A stretch of 64,000 nt of DNA from a virus. Made by a program: the position numbers and the translations under genes. Location: IMG/VR virus record IMGVR_UViG_3300014202_001569, positions 26,218 through 90,217 of that record; one strand, written 5' to 3'. This document shows, piece after piece, positions 38,260-46,711 of this stretch. The stretch's first letter is position 1, and every line of letters begins with the position of its first letter. The notes below the pieces were generated by a model. It saw only the letters and a list, made by a program, of their open reading frames with translations, did not search any database and was not told the origin of the DNA.

Positions 38260-38538
38260 TTACAAGTCCTTTTTCCGTGGCACGTCGTTGATGGTGTAAG
38301 TGAACTTGATGCGCTTCCGCTCACAGTAACGCCAGAGTGCCTCCTGCTTGTTGCGGTTGGGCAGCTTGCCGTTCTTTTCAAGCCAATTGGCTGCGGAGTC
38401 CATCCAGGCGCTATCATACCCATAGGCATAGTCCACCTTATGGGCTAGTTCATCGTCAATCATGATGACGACGGAATGATAGGTCTGCCCTTTGCGCTTG
38501 TTGAACCAGCGGCAGCCGTGCAATTCGAGCGTTTTCAT
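38260..38538 (-). CDS. Hypothetical protein
   Basis: Start MKTLELHG; YAYGYDSAW motif. Confidence 0.7.
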   Translation of the reverse strand: MKTLELHGCRWFNKRKGQTYHSVVIMIDDELAHKVDYAYGYDSAWMDSAANWLEKNGKLPNRNKQEALWRYCERKRIKFTYTINDVPRKKDL

Positions 38539-38539
38539 G

Positions 38540-38734
38540 TTAGTTTCCTTTGCAATGCGGGCAAGCGATAGCACCGACGCCAGGGACAGCGGTTTTGCCA
38601 CGGTAAGAATTGGCACGCACCCGCGTTTCATTCTTGCAGGCACCGCACTTATAGACGAACACGGTTCGCCAAGGCGGTTGGAAATCGCGGACACGTTCGG
38701 AGCGTACTGGCGTTGACAGGTTCAGAGTGTTCAT
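38540..38734 (-). CDS. Zn-ribbon mini-protein
   Basis: CGAC...CPHC. Confidence 0.7.
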   Translation of the reverse strand: MNTLNLSTPVRSERVRDFQPPWRTVFVYKCGACKNETRVRANSYRGKTAVPGVGAIACPHCKGN

Positions 38735-38796
38735 TTGGTTTCTCCTTACCTATACTGGTACAATTGCAATTAGAGGACAATTGGGCGATTGCCTCC

Positions 38797-39057
38797 TTAC
38801 AGTAGAACCACCACGTTCATTCCGTCCAGTCGCCGCTCAACCCACTCTAGCACTTCGGCCCGATACAATTCGGTGACTTCGTGTTCTGCAAGCAACACCT
38901 CGCAATAGGCGTTGATGCTGTCATCGTGTTCCTTGATACGTTCGTCCTGCCCATCGGCGTCGAAATGGGCATCATACTTCAAGACGGCATCAGCGGCATT
39001 GTGGCCAGCGATGACACCTTGGACGCCATCACAGTTCTTGACGTGGAACACTGGCAT
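38797..39057 (-). CDS. Cassette ORF, acidic
   Basis: Start MPVFHVKN (or MTMPV at 39063). Confidence 0.65.
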   Translation of the reverse strand: MPVFHVKNCDGVQGVIAGHNAADAVLKYDAHFDADGQDERIKEHDDSINAYCEVLLAEHEVTELYRAEVLEWVERRLDGMNVVVLL

Positions 39058-39197
39058 TGTCATTCTCCGTTTGATTGGGCACCTAATATGGTACAATTGC
39101 AATTAGGTTTGGCCAAAAGAAAAACCCCACGGGATTGTTCCCGTGGGGTTTCGATCAGCCTTCCCCTCCTATATCGGTGTAGAGGTCATCCAGCCAC

Positions 39198-39374
39198 TTA
39201 TCCTGCTTTTCGTCGCTCGGCACCGTCGTCTTCGTTTGCGGGTCGCTCATTGGCGTTTCGTTCCTCGAATTGTCGGATTTGTTCTTTCTCGGCACGGGTC
39301 CAATCCTTTTCGCCACGGTGAACGGGTCGAATCTTGCCACCACTCTTGTCATACTGATTACGGTTCCAGCCCAT
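39198..39374 (-). CDS. Cassette ORF, charged
   Basis: Start MGWNRNQY. Confidence 0.55.
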   Translation of the reverse strand: MGWNRNQYDKSGGKIRPVHRGEKDWTRAEKEQIRQFEERNANERPANEDDGAERRKAG

Positions 39375-39423
39375 GATACTCTCCGTTGATTGATCGCCAC
39401 TCTCTGTTTGGTACAATTGGAAT

Positions 39424-39516
39424 TTACAGTGCCTTGATACAGAACCGAATCAGGCCGTAGGCAAAACTGCCCATCACCACGATGTAGAGCAGGACCAGAC
39501 CAAGTTGATTTTCCAT
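39424..39516 (-). CDS. 30-aa single-TM peptide
   Basis: MENQLGLVLLYIVVMGSFAYGLIRFCIKAL*; stop codon abuts the motif. Confidence 0.55.
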   Translation of the reverse strand: MENQLGLVLLYIVVMGSFAYGLIRFCIKAL

Positions 39517-39662
39517 TCTGCACCTTTTGGGTTTGAGTTCGTTGCACCTTATCTGGTACAATTGCAATTAGAGGATGATACGAAAAAAGGCAAGGGGTGA
39601 TGTCCCCTTGCCTCAAATTTTAGTTAATTGCCCTTTACGGGGGCGGTCTTGCGGCTTTATTG

Positions 39663-39947
39663 CTACGAATTGAGGTCGGCAATGGTGTAGAGCCATTCAG
39701 ACTTAGGAAGGCTGAGCGTCTTGGATTGAGCAATGCCAAGCTCGGTTGGCAAAATACTCCAGTAGTTCCCAGCGCTTCCTGTTTGGCGTATGAGGCCAGC
39801 ATCGGACAAGTGCAACAAAGTAAGCAAGCACTTACGAAAACAAACACGCCAACCAGAAACATGATCGCGGTGATTACATTCCTCCCATGTATGCACAAGG
39901 TCAAGTAGGATGCGACTCGCCAGACGGTTCTGAGCCAAGTTGAGCAT
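39663..39947 (-). CDS. Hypothetical protein (frame uncertain)
   Basis: Start MLNLAQNR downstream of motif 39990; an alternative overlapping frame exists. Confidence 0.4.
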   Translation of the reverse strand: MLNLAQNRLASRILLDLVHTWEECNHRDHVSGWRVCFRKCLLTLLHLSDAGLIRQTGSAGNYWSILPTELGIAQSKTLSLPKSEWLYTIADLNS

Positions 39948-39948
39948 G

Positions 39949-40188
39949 TTAGCCCTTTTTGCGTTTCTTCTTCTTGCCACACTCATCTTGGTACAATTGC
40001 AATTCCTGCTCGCTCACCTCGTCGTCCGTCCATTCAGGCACCACCACGGGCGGCACGGGCTTCAAACTGGCGGAACAGTGGACGCCATTAGGCCGCAAAC
40101 CCCCGCCCTGATGATCGACAAAGCTCTTGTCTGGAGTGTAAGACACCAAACTCCTACACTCCAGACAGTAGGCCACGCTATAGACCAT
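39949..40188 (-). CDS. Zn-finger-like ORF with the motif inside its 3' end
   Basis: CLEC...HC; ELQLYQ is the translated motif. Confidence 0.6.
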   Translation of the reverse strand: MVYSVAYCLECRSLVSYTPDKSFVDHQGGGLRPNGVHCSASLKPVPPVVVPEWTDDEVSEQELQLYQDECGKKKKRKKG

Positions 40189-40423
40189 CCTTCAACTCCT
40201 CTTTGAAGTCATCCCAATAGTCGTCGGGCAAGTCATTCTCTTCGGGCGGATACAACTGAGCCATGATGAAAGCCGTGTACGCCGCCGTTCCAGGCTGAGG
40301 CCCATTCGGACCAAAATCCGTCTTGATGCCCTGGCAACACACGCAGTCCTTATGACAGGACACAGCACGATCTTCACACGTCTCATGATCGTTATGATCG
40401 GGATGTTCGCATTTCATGTTCAT
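40178..40423 (-). CDS. Leaderless Cys/His-rich acidic ORF
   Basis: ATG exactly 9 nt after GTACC. Confidence 0.7.
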   Translation of the reverse strand: MNMKCEHPDHNDHETCEDRAVSCHKDCVCCQGIKTDFGPNGPQPGTAAYTAFIMAQLYPPEENDLPDDYWDDFKEELKDGL

Positions 40424-40446
40424 GCCCTTTTTGGTACAATTGGAAT

Positions 40447-40647
40447 TTAGGCCGCTTTCCCGATGACAACCTTTGCCATACCCATCAACGTGCGGGCAAT
40501 GGCATCCTGTCTGTCAATCGCCTGCACCTTGTAGAGCGTAATCAAGGTAGGCGACAACGCATCCTGCACTAACTTGCGGAACACTCGCACCTTGTAGCCC
40601 TGGCTTGGATAGCACGGATGATACACTTCGACGTAGAACTCTTTCAT
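40447..40647 (-). CDS. Cassette ORF ending -GKAA
   Basis: Motif 40670 and AAGGAG. Confidence 0.7.
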   Translation of the reverse strand: MKEFYVEVYHPCYPSQGYKVRVFRKLVQDALSPTLITLYKVQAIDRQDAIARTLMGMAKVVIGKAA

Positions 40648-40682
40648 GTTTGTTCTCCTTACCTAAACTGGTACAATTGGAA

Positions 40683-40871
40683 TTAGAAGGGGATTTCTTC
40701 TTCCACTTTGTTCCACGTTGCCCGATAGGTAGCGACTCTGGCGACTTCATCGCTCCGAACCCATTCGCCCTTGAGTTGCGGGGGCTTGCAGCACAGTATC
40801 AACCGATGAAAGTTCCCTTCCTTCTGATGCGCCACCACGTCATCCCCGAACTCATCAATCGTTTCGTGCAT
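40683..40871 (-). CDS. Cassette ORF
   Basis: Start MHETIDEF. Confidence 0.65.
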   Translation of the reverse strand: MHETIDEFGDDVVAHQKEGNFHRLILCCKPPQLKGEWVRSDEVARVATYRATWNKVEEEIPF

Positions 40872-40951
40872 GTTTGTTTTCTCCTTACCCAAACTGGTAC
40901 AATCGCAATTAGCCCTAAACGAAAAAGGGCGGGATTGCTCCCGCCCCACCC

Positions 40952-42061
40952 CTACTTCTTATTGAATAAACCCTTCAAGATGGAATCTTCCGCCTTCAAC
41001 CATACCTCCTTGAGCGGAACCTTATGCTTGCGGGCATTGAACAACACGCCAGTAAACACCGTCTCACCCTCAATCAAGATGGCAAAATCCTTCTGGTTCT
41101 CTTCATCCTTGACGCAGTGCCACAACGATTCCAATTCATTGTAAGCACCATCTACCTTGCCCTTGTAATGCTTGAAACAATCCGTAATTTCAGGATACGT
41201 CGCAAGCAATTCGTCGCCTTCACCCTCCAAGATGAACGGCAACAGAGTCGAAGGATTGTAAAGCGCGTCACCATTCGCACCCTTCATCTTATGCAGCGAT
41301 AGATAACGCTTGTTCTTGATCTTCCAACGACGGTTCGCGTCATCCTTCACAACGCAACCTTCCCACGTCGCTTCTGGCTGCGAATTGACGTAATCCGTTA
41401 CGTCGTCAGCACTTCGGAGCGAATACTGGCCAACCGTCTTGAACAGTGGGACATTTTGCGGGCCAACTTCTTCTTCGCCACAGAATGCGGAAAGCTGGTA
41501 GACGCACGGCTGAGCATACTCCCGAACCACCTTGTTCCAAAGGGAGCAAAACTCGCAAGCGTAACTCAACGAAGGATCAAGGTACAATTGTAATTCTTGC
41601 AAGTCCTTGATGCCCAGCGCCTGTAAGATACCTTCCTTCCAGGTGAAGGAAGCTGGCATCTTATGGTAGTTCGCCTGCCATTCGGTGTTGAACATGCCCA
41701 TGTTCGCGTAGGAACCACGGGTATTCACACGCCATTCGCCATCGAAGTGATAGAACAGCAGCAAGCTGCCGTCTACCTTCTCCAGCGCAACAGACTTATC
41801 CCAATTGAACAGCGGCATTTCGTCCGCTACTTCACCCCAATTGAAAAATCGGGGGAAGGCACGCGCCACCAGCGAATGGTCCTCAGTGTTGAGAACTAAG
41901 CCACGGCATTCGCGGACAATGGGATCAGTCTTCGGAGAGTCGATTTGGCTATAGTTCAGGATAGCCAGGGGAAGCGTATCATGGCGATTGACGGAGATAT
42001 GTAGTTCCGTTTCCAGGTCCGTCAGAGTCTTGCCAGAACGCAGATAGTCGATAGTCTTCAT
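40952..42061 (-). CDS. rnl1: RNA ligase, T4 Rnl1 family
   Basis: RECRGLVL, RAFPRFFNWGE, EKVDGS (adenylation Lys), EGCVV, KIKNKRY. Confidence 0.9.
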   Translation of the reverse strand: MKTIDYLRSGKTLTDLETELHISVNRHDTLPLAILNYSQIDSPKTDPIVRECRGLVLNTEDHSLVARAFPRFFNWGEVADEMPLFNWDKSVALEKVDGSLLLFYHFDGEWRVNTRGSYANMGMFNTEWQANYHKMPASFTWKEGILQALGIKDLQELQLYLDPSLSYACEFCSLWNKVVREYAQPCVYQLSAFCGEEEVGPQNVPLFKTVGQYSLRSADDVTDYVNSQPEATWEGCVVKDDANRRWKIKNKRYLSLHKMKGANGDALYNPSTLLPFILEGEGDELLATYPEITDCFKHYKGKVDGAYNELESLWHCVKDEENQKDFAILIEGETVFTGVLFNARKHKVPLKEVWLKAEDSILKGLFNKK

Positions 42062-42120
42062 TTTCTTTCTCCTCTAATCTAATTGGTACAATCGCAATTA
42101 GAGGAGAAAGGGACGGCCCC

Positions 42121-42510
42121 TTATTGGGGGCCATCTTCCTGCTTTCTCCTCTTTTTGGGTGTTGCCAGTGGCATCATGGGAGGCATTCCGCCTTGCTGTT
42201 GCTTGGCACCGTCCTGCTGCGCCTTGACGAACTCTTCCGTAACACGCATCAGGTTCAGGTATCGACAGTCCAGGGTCAGAACAGGTTCACTCGGATCAGA
42301 CAAAAGTTTGCCCACAAAGTAGGGCAGGCAAATTGCCTGAATGTGCAAGCTCTGGCCCATGATCGGCGCACCGTCTTCCGTCTTTTTCAGGTTGTAGACG
42401 CAGACGTACTGGCCAACCTCAAGATCGTCTTCCGCCAGCATCACCCCCACGCGCTTGCGAGGCGTTTCTTCCATCGCGTCGTCATAGTCTTCTTGTTCTT
42501 GTCCAATCAT
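42121..42510 (-). CDS. Hypothetical protein
   Basis: Motif 42547 and GGAG SD. Confidence 0.65.
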   Translation of the reverse strand: MIGQEQEDYDDAMEETPRKRVGVMLAEDDLEVGQYVCVYNLKKTEDGAPIMGQSLHIQAICLPYFVGKLLSDPSEPVLTLDCRYLNLMRVTEEFVKAQQDGAKQQQGGMPPMMPLATPKKRRKQEDGPQ

Positions 42511-42559
42511 CGCTTTCTCCAGTTAAGGTTAGTTACACCCTAGATTGGTACAATTGCAA

Positions 42560-42805
42560 TTAAATCGCCATCCGTTCTGACAACCAGTTAGGAATGGAGT
42601 CCGCTGAACCGTTGTATACATACTGCCCATTACTAGACCACTTGAAAAAGTGAAAGTTGTCGTTCTGGACATTATAAACGGCAATGCGGTCTAAGTCAAC
42701 CACGTTAAAGTAGCGGACGCCATAGAACTTACAAATCCCTTCGACCGTTCTTAAAGCGTCCACCAGCTTGATTACTTCTCCCAAGGGGCTTTCGACGCTA
42801 GACAC
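42560..42805 (-). CDS. Hypothetical protein
   Basis: ORF track; stop codon fused to the motif. Confidence 0.55.
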   Translation of the reverse strand: MSSVESPLGEVIKLVDALRTVEGICKFYGVRYFNVVDLDRIAVYNVQNDNFHFFKWSSNGQYVYNGSADSIPNWLSERMAI

Positions 42806-43212
42806 CGCTCAACCGTTAAAGGTTCACAGCGGTTTCGCATCGCCTCCACCTTGTCCTGCGGCACCCCATGCACGTTCTGAAACGAACCGTGACAAGGGAA
42901 GAAGAACACTGGCACCCCAAGCTCTTGCGCCATCTCGACATACGGCTTGGCTTCCCATGCCTGCGTATTCGTATTGTCGATAATGACCGTCTGACCGAAC
43001 TCCAAGGCTTGCCGTGCCATCTTCTGATTGATAGCGTGATACACGCCAACCTTCGACGGGTCGAATTTATAAACGCCGTCCACCTCAAATTGCTTATCGG
43101 TGGAACAGACCTTCACATCATGACCCAGCGCCACCAGCATAGCCCGAATCGTCTCAGCTACGGTGGACTTGCCCGAACCACTCGGACCCTGCATGATTGC
43201 GAGAATGTTCAT
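42772..43212 (-). CDS. AAA_33/N4BP2-like polynucleotide kinase
   Basis: MQGPSGSGKST P-loop, VIIDNTN, NVHGVP. Confidence 0.85.
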   Translation of the reverse strand: MNILAIMQGPSGSGKSTVAETIRAMLVALGHDVKVCSTDKQFEVDGVYKFDPSKVGVYHAINQKMARQALEFGQTVIIDNTNTQAWEAKPYVEMAQELGVPVFFFPCHGSFQNVHGVPQDKVEAMRNRCEPLTVERCLASKAPWEK

Positions 43213-43428
43213 GTTTGCTCCTTTTGATTGCCCATTATATCTGGTACAATCGCAATTAGCAAGAGAGGGGAAAAGGGCGGGTTTGCTGTCCCCGCCCGCA
43301 TCATCAAAGCTGTCTAATTAAGTGTCGGCACTTGATTTCGGGCGCTAGAGGCCAACCCCCTAGCGCCCAGCTATCAGCCGCAGAATAGGTATGTTCCTTG
43401 CATTTAATATCATTTAAGGTTTCCTTTG

Positions 43429-43632
43429 TTACGCCGCTGCTCGACGTTGCCCGATGTGATCGTTCAGGGCAGAAATGGAGCAGCTATGCCAGAACTTCTC
43501 AATCAATAGCGGACGCCAGCCCTTCCCATACCAGATTTGCGCAATCGCCAGCGCCGTCTCACGCTCTTTCGCCGTAAACTCCTGATAGAGTTCACCTTCC
43601 ACTGGATGCGTACCCTTCAAGCCATACAGCAT
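43429..43632 (-). CDS. Hypothetical protein ending -RAAA
   Basis: Start corrected to MLYGLKG after GGAGG; the longer track start overlaps the tRNA. Confidence 0.65.
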   Translation of the reverse strand: MLYGLKGTHPVEGELYQEFTAKERETALAIAQIWYGKGWRPLLIEKFWHSCSISALNDHIGQRRAAA

Positions 43633-43661
43633 TGCAAGCCTCCGAATAGAGAAAAGGTCAG

Positions 43662-43736
43662 TACCGCTAGGGGGATTTGAACCCCGCATTTTCTGGTTGA
43701 AAGCCAGGTGTCCTATCCAGATTAGACGATAGCGGC
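43662..43736 (-). tRNA. trnE: tRNA-Glu(UUC), CCA not encoded
   Basis: GCCGCTA acceptor; CTGG-CTTTCAA-CCAG anticodon arm; GGGG-TTCAAAT-CCCC T-arm; 3' A then CTG. Confidence 0.92.
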
Positions 43737-43743
43737 ATAACAG

Positions 43744-43830
43744 TGAGCCGAGTAGGAGTTGAACCTACAATGCGCTAGCTAGGCGCGCCTGGGTTACAGC
43801 CAGGTGGACTTGCCAATGTCCAATCGACTC
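43744..43830 (-). tRNA. trnY: tRNA-Tyr(GUA), long variable arm, CCA not encoded
   Basis: GAGTCGA/TCGGCTC acceptor; CCTGG-CTGTAAC-CCAGG; GTAGG-TTCAACT-CCTAC. Confidence 0.92.
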
Positions 43831-43863
43831 ATTTGGGCGACACCTAGTTTGGTACAATTGCAA

Positions 43864-44082
43864 TTACGCTTCCTTGTAGTAATCGTCTTGCGGCTGCCGC
43901 ATATCGAAGGGAAAGTATTCCCGTCCCGCCAGCGGCATATCCTCACTGTTAATCGGGTCGCCGTCTTCCGTTTCCCACTCAACGCCACCATGATCGTGAA
44001 TCTTGAACTCTTGCTTGATACATTCCCCCGCGTCATTGAACGTCTGTTCCACAACGCCAGGGGAAAACTTCTTGAACAGCAT
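43864..44082 (-). CDS. Acidic hypothetical protein
   Basis: Stop codon fused to the motif. Confidence 0.65.
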   Translation of the reverse strand: MLFKKFSPGVVEQTFNDAGECIKQEFKIHDHGGVEWETEDGDPINSEDMPLAGREYFPFDMRQPQDDYYKEA

Positions 44083-44092
44083 GTTAGCTCCT

Positions 44093-44263
44093 TTATTTGC
44101 GAAGACGCTCTTTATGGTACAATTGCAATTTCTCTTCCATCTTCGCCACCAATTCCGCTGGTGCCTTCACCCATTTCAGCCAGTTGATTGTGTTCTGCCC
44201 ATCATTGAACCAATCGAAGCGTTCGATCAGTTCAGGATGGGTCAGAACAGCACGCACAATCAT
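44093..44263 (-). CDS. 56-aa ORF containing the motif (KLQLYH)
   Basis: Manual translation MIVRAVLTHPEL...KERLRK*. Confidence 0.55.
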   Translation of the reverse strand: MIVRAVLTHPELIERFDWFNDGQNTINWLKWVKAPAELVAKMEEKLQLYHKERLRK

Positions 44264-44264
44264 G

Positions 44265-44522
44265 TTACGCCGCCTTCTTTGTCTGCTGCTCCATCACAGT
44301 TAGCTCCAGATAGATCGGGAGCAGGTAGACGTTCGTGGGCTTGCCCTTCTGCCCTTCCACCTTGCGGGGCTTGCCCATCTGACAGTGGCCCAGCTTCACC
44401 AGCGTTTTCAGGAAACCCTGCGCATCCATGTAGTCCAAACCGTTCGCATCAGCCAGTTCCTTGATGCTCACCTCATGCACGCAGTCATAAGGCTCATTCA
44501 CTTTCAGCTTCTTCGGAATCAT
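44265..44522 (-). CDS. Winged-helix-like protein ending -KKAA
   Basis: VSIKELADANGLDYMDAQGFLKTLVKLG...GKPTNVY. Confidence 0.6.
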   Translation of the reverse strand: MIPKKLKVNEPYDCVHEVSIKELADANGLDYMDAQGFLKTLVKLGHCQMGKPRKVEGQKGKPTNVYLLPIYLELTVMEQQTKKAA

Positions 44523-44630
44523 CGTTTCCCCTTGTTTGAAGTTCGTTGCACCTTAACTGGTACAATCGCAATTAGAGGATGAAAAAACAAAGAAAGGGGA
44601 AGGGATTTTACTCCCCTCCCCCCTTAGACG

Positions 44631-45005
44631 TTACGCGGCGGGCCGACCACGCTTGAACGTGATGCCCTCGGCTTCCGCAACCTGTCGGCACAAGGTCAGT
44701 GACACCTTGAGCTTGCGTTCCTTGCGGAGAAACTCGCGGCCCTTCGTGTAACCGAACCGCTTCAGCGCCGCTGCCACGATTCGACGGTCAGTGCCGTTGT
44801 AGACGCGGGGCCGACCTGGACCACGTTCACCCTTTGCCTTCACCTTGACGGGCTTGACCTGCTTGCGGGGGCCACGTTCCACCCCCTTATCGACACGCGG
44901 CATACGGTAGACATAAAAGCCCTCCGTAGTCAGCTTGCCACGGCACTGCGGGCCGACTTCATCCCGCACAACCCGCCCACCAAAGTTCAGTTCGTTCGCA
45001 GCCAT
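44631..45005 (-). CDS. Basic putative DNA-binding protein ending -PAA
   Basis: RGPGRPR and KRGRP AT-hook-like motifs. Confidence 0.6.
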   Translation of the reverse strand: MAANELNFGGRVVRDEVGPQCRGKLTTEGFYVYRMPRVDKGVERGPRKQVKPVKVKAKGERGPGRPRVYNGTDRRIVAAALKRFGYTKGREFLRKERKLKVSLTLCRQVAEAEGITFKRGRPAA

Positions 45006-45071
45006 GAGAAACCTCCAGAGAAAAGAGAAAGTTTGTTACTCGCACTTAGTTTGGTACAATTGCAATTGGAA

Positions 45072-45548
45072 TTAGAACCTTACCTTGTTCCAAGTCCAGA
45101 CGAACGGATACGCAACCGCCGTCTTGATTCGTTGCCACGCAGCCGCCTTCATCTCAGCGATGATTTCGGCCACCATCCCCCGCACCACTTCCTTGTTCAC
45201 CAGCGCCGCACAATGTTCCTTCACTTGCGCCAGCACCGCTTCCTTGATGTCATCATACTTGCTCTCAATGCAAGTCTCGATTTCATCCTTTGCCTTCACC
45301 TCGATTTCATCCCACCAGTCGTAATCCCGCACCGCATCATGGATTGCGTCGGAGAAGTCGTGGTCATTCATCGCCTTCTCAACCGCATCGTCCACGTCGA
45401 TTTCGTCGCGGATAGCACTCTTCACCTCGTCGGAGAAGTCGTGATTCTCCAGAGCCGACTCCACCTCATCCTTGAAGTCACGCTCACCAAGATACGCCTC
45501 GATGCCTTCATTGATGATCGTTTCCAACTGCTCGCCAAGTCCGCTCAT
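45072..45548 (-). CDS. Acidic helical-repeat protein
   Basis: HDFSD repeated; very D/E-rich. Confidence 0.7.
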   Translation of the reverse strand: MSGLGEQLETIINEGIEAYLGERDFKDEVESALENHDFSDEVKSAIRDEIDVDDAVEKAMNDHDFSDAIHDAVRDYDWWDEIEVKAKDEIETCIESKYDDIKEAVLAQVKEHCAALVNKEVVRGMVAEIIAEMKAAAWQRIKTAVAYPFVWTWNKVRF

Positions 45549-45600
45549 GTGTTCCCCTTGCGTTTGAGTTCGTCACACAATCATTCTGGTACAATTGCAA

Positions 45601-45801
45601 TTAGGTGGGATTCCCGTTTTCATCCACGTCGTTCCCGTCAGCATCTTCGATACTGAACACGTCGAATGTATCTTCGACGTACTTCACTTCGTCATCTTCG
45701 GGAATGTTCATGTTCGCAATCAGGTCCGCAAGGTCTTCGGGCTTACAACGTATCGTTGTCTTGAGCCGCACTTCGACCTCGACCGTGTATTCTTTCTCCA
45801 T
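45601..45801 (-). CDS. Acidic mini-protein
   Basis: Stop codon fused to the motif. Confidence 0.7.
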   Translation of the reverse strand: MEKEYTVEVEVRLKTTIRCKPEDLADLIANMNIPEDDEVKYVEDTFDVFSIEDADGNDVDENGNPT

Positions 45802-45914
45802 TTGCTCCCTTTCATTTTGAAACTCGTTGCACCCTTACTGGTACAATCGCAATTAGGCACTGTACAAAAAAATAGGGCAGCCACCATTGGCTGCCCTACA
45901 CACAAGGGATTGAT

Positions 45915-46649
45915 TTACGCGGCTGCCTTGTCCGTCCCGAACAGCAAGTCCTTTGCGTAACCATACAGACGGTTCAAGACGCCTAGCGGACTATCACTCA
46001 CCCCTACCTTGAGGTGCGATAGGAAGTGAACGGGACGCAACACCTTGATACAAGCCAAGATGCCTTCCTTCGAGGGAACATACATCGCCAACCGCTCGAA
46101 GAATCCATCCTTAATCTCATACTTTTCCACTGGTGCCAGCATCAAGCGCCGTTCGTCATCGCTGAAATTGTCCATCAGCAACTTCATCAAGCGGCCCGCA
46201 AGCTCTTGCTCAATCGGCGCACCCTGGATAAGCTCAGAAAACGGACGAATCGTGGTCTTATCTTCACACGCAACCTCATTCGTCACCAGCTTATCCGCCA
46301 TATCCGCCGTCAAACCCGCCTTGACCAGCGCCGATACCAACTTCTCTTTCGCCCCGCCCTGGCATTCAGGATCAGCCTGCGGATAGAACTTGGCCTGCAC
46401 TTGGAACAAGCCCTCAATATCCGCCTTGCCGTCCCGCGTCACAATGAGACGGGGATTCGTCGGCTTGCAACGTAGCTTGGACAAACTCTCAGCGAATGAG
46501 TCAATCAGACTCTCTTTCAGGATACCCTCTTCCGCCTTCATACGGGCCTCAGCCTTTTCGTAGATTTGCTTCGCATAAGCAAACCGCTCAAAGGACGGCA
46601 GCAACGCGGCGGATACAGGAACCTGCGGACGATCTTGCTTCTTAGCCAT
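45915..46649 (-). CDS. Hypothetical protein ending -KAAA
   Basis: Start corrected to MAKKQDR; the longer track start overlaps the tmRNA-like RNA. Confidence 0.75.
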   Translation of the reverse strand: MAKKQDRPQVPVSAALLPSFERFAYAKQIYEKAEARMKAEEGILKESLIDSFAESLSKLRCKPTNPRLIVTRDGKADIEGLFQVQAKFYPQADPECQGGAKEKLVSALVKAGLTADMADKLVTNEVACEDKTTIRPFSELIQGAPIEQELAGRLMKLLMDNFSDDERRLMLAPVEKYEIKDGFFERLAMYVPSKEGILACIKVLRPVHFLSHLKVGVSDSPLGVLNRLYGYAKDLLFGTDKAAA

Positions 46650-46711
46650 CGGTCGTTCTCCCCTTTTGGTGAAAGTGTCGGAACACCTAGTTTGGTACAA
46701 TTGCAATTCAG

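Noticed and set aside
28947-40910. Classical integron attC cassette array
   Set aside because: No GTTRRRY/RYYYAAC cores, no long attC fold-back and no integrase in the window. The repeat carries promoter-like spacing, whereas attC cassettes are usually promoterless. A recombinase elsewhere in the genome cannot be excluded.
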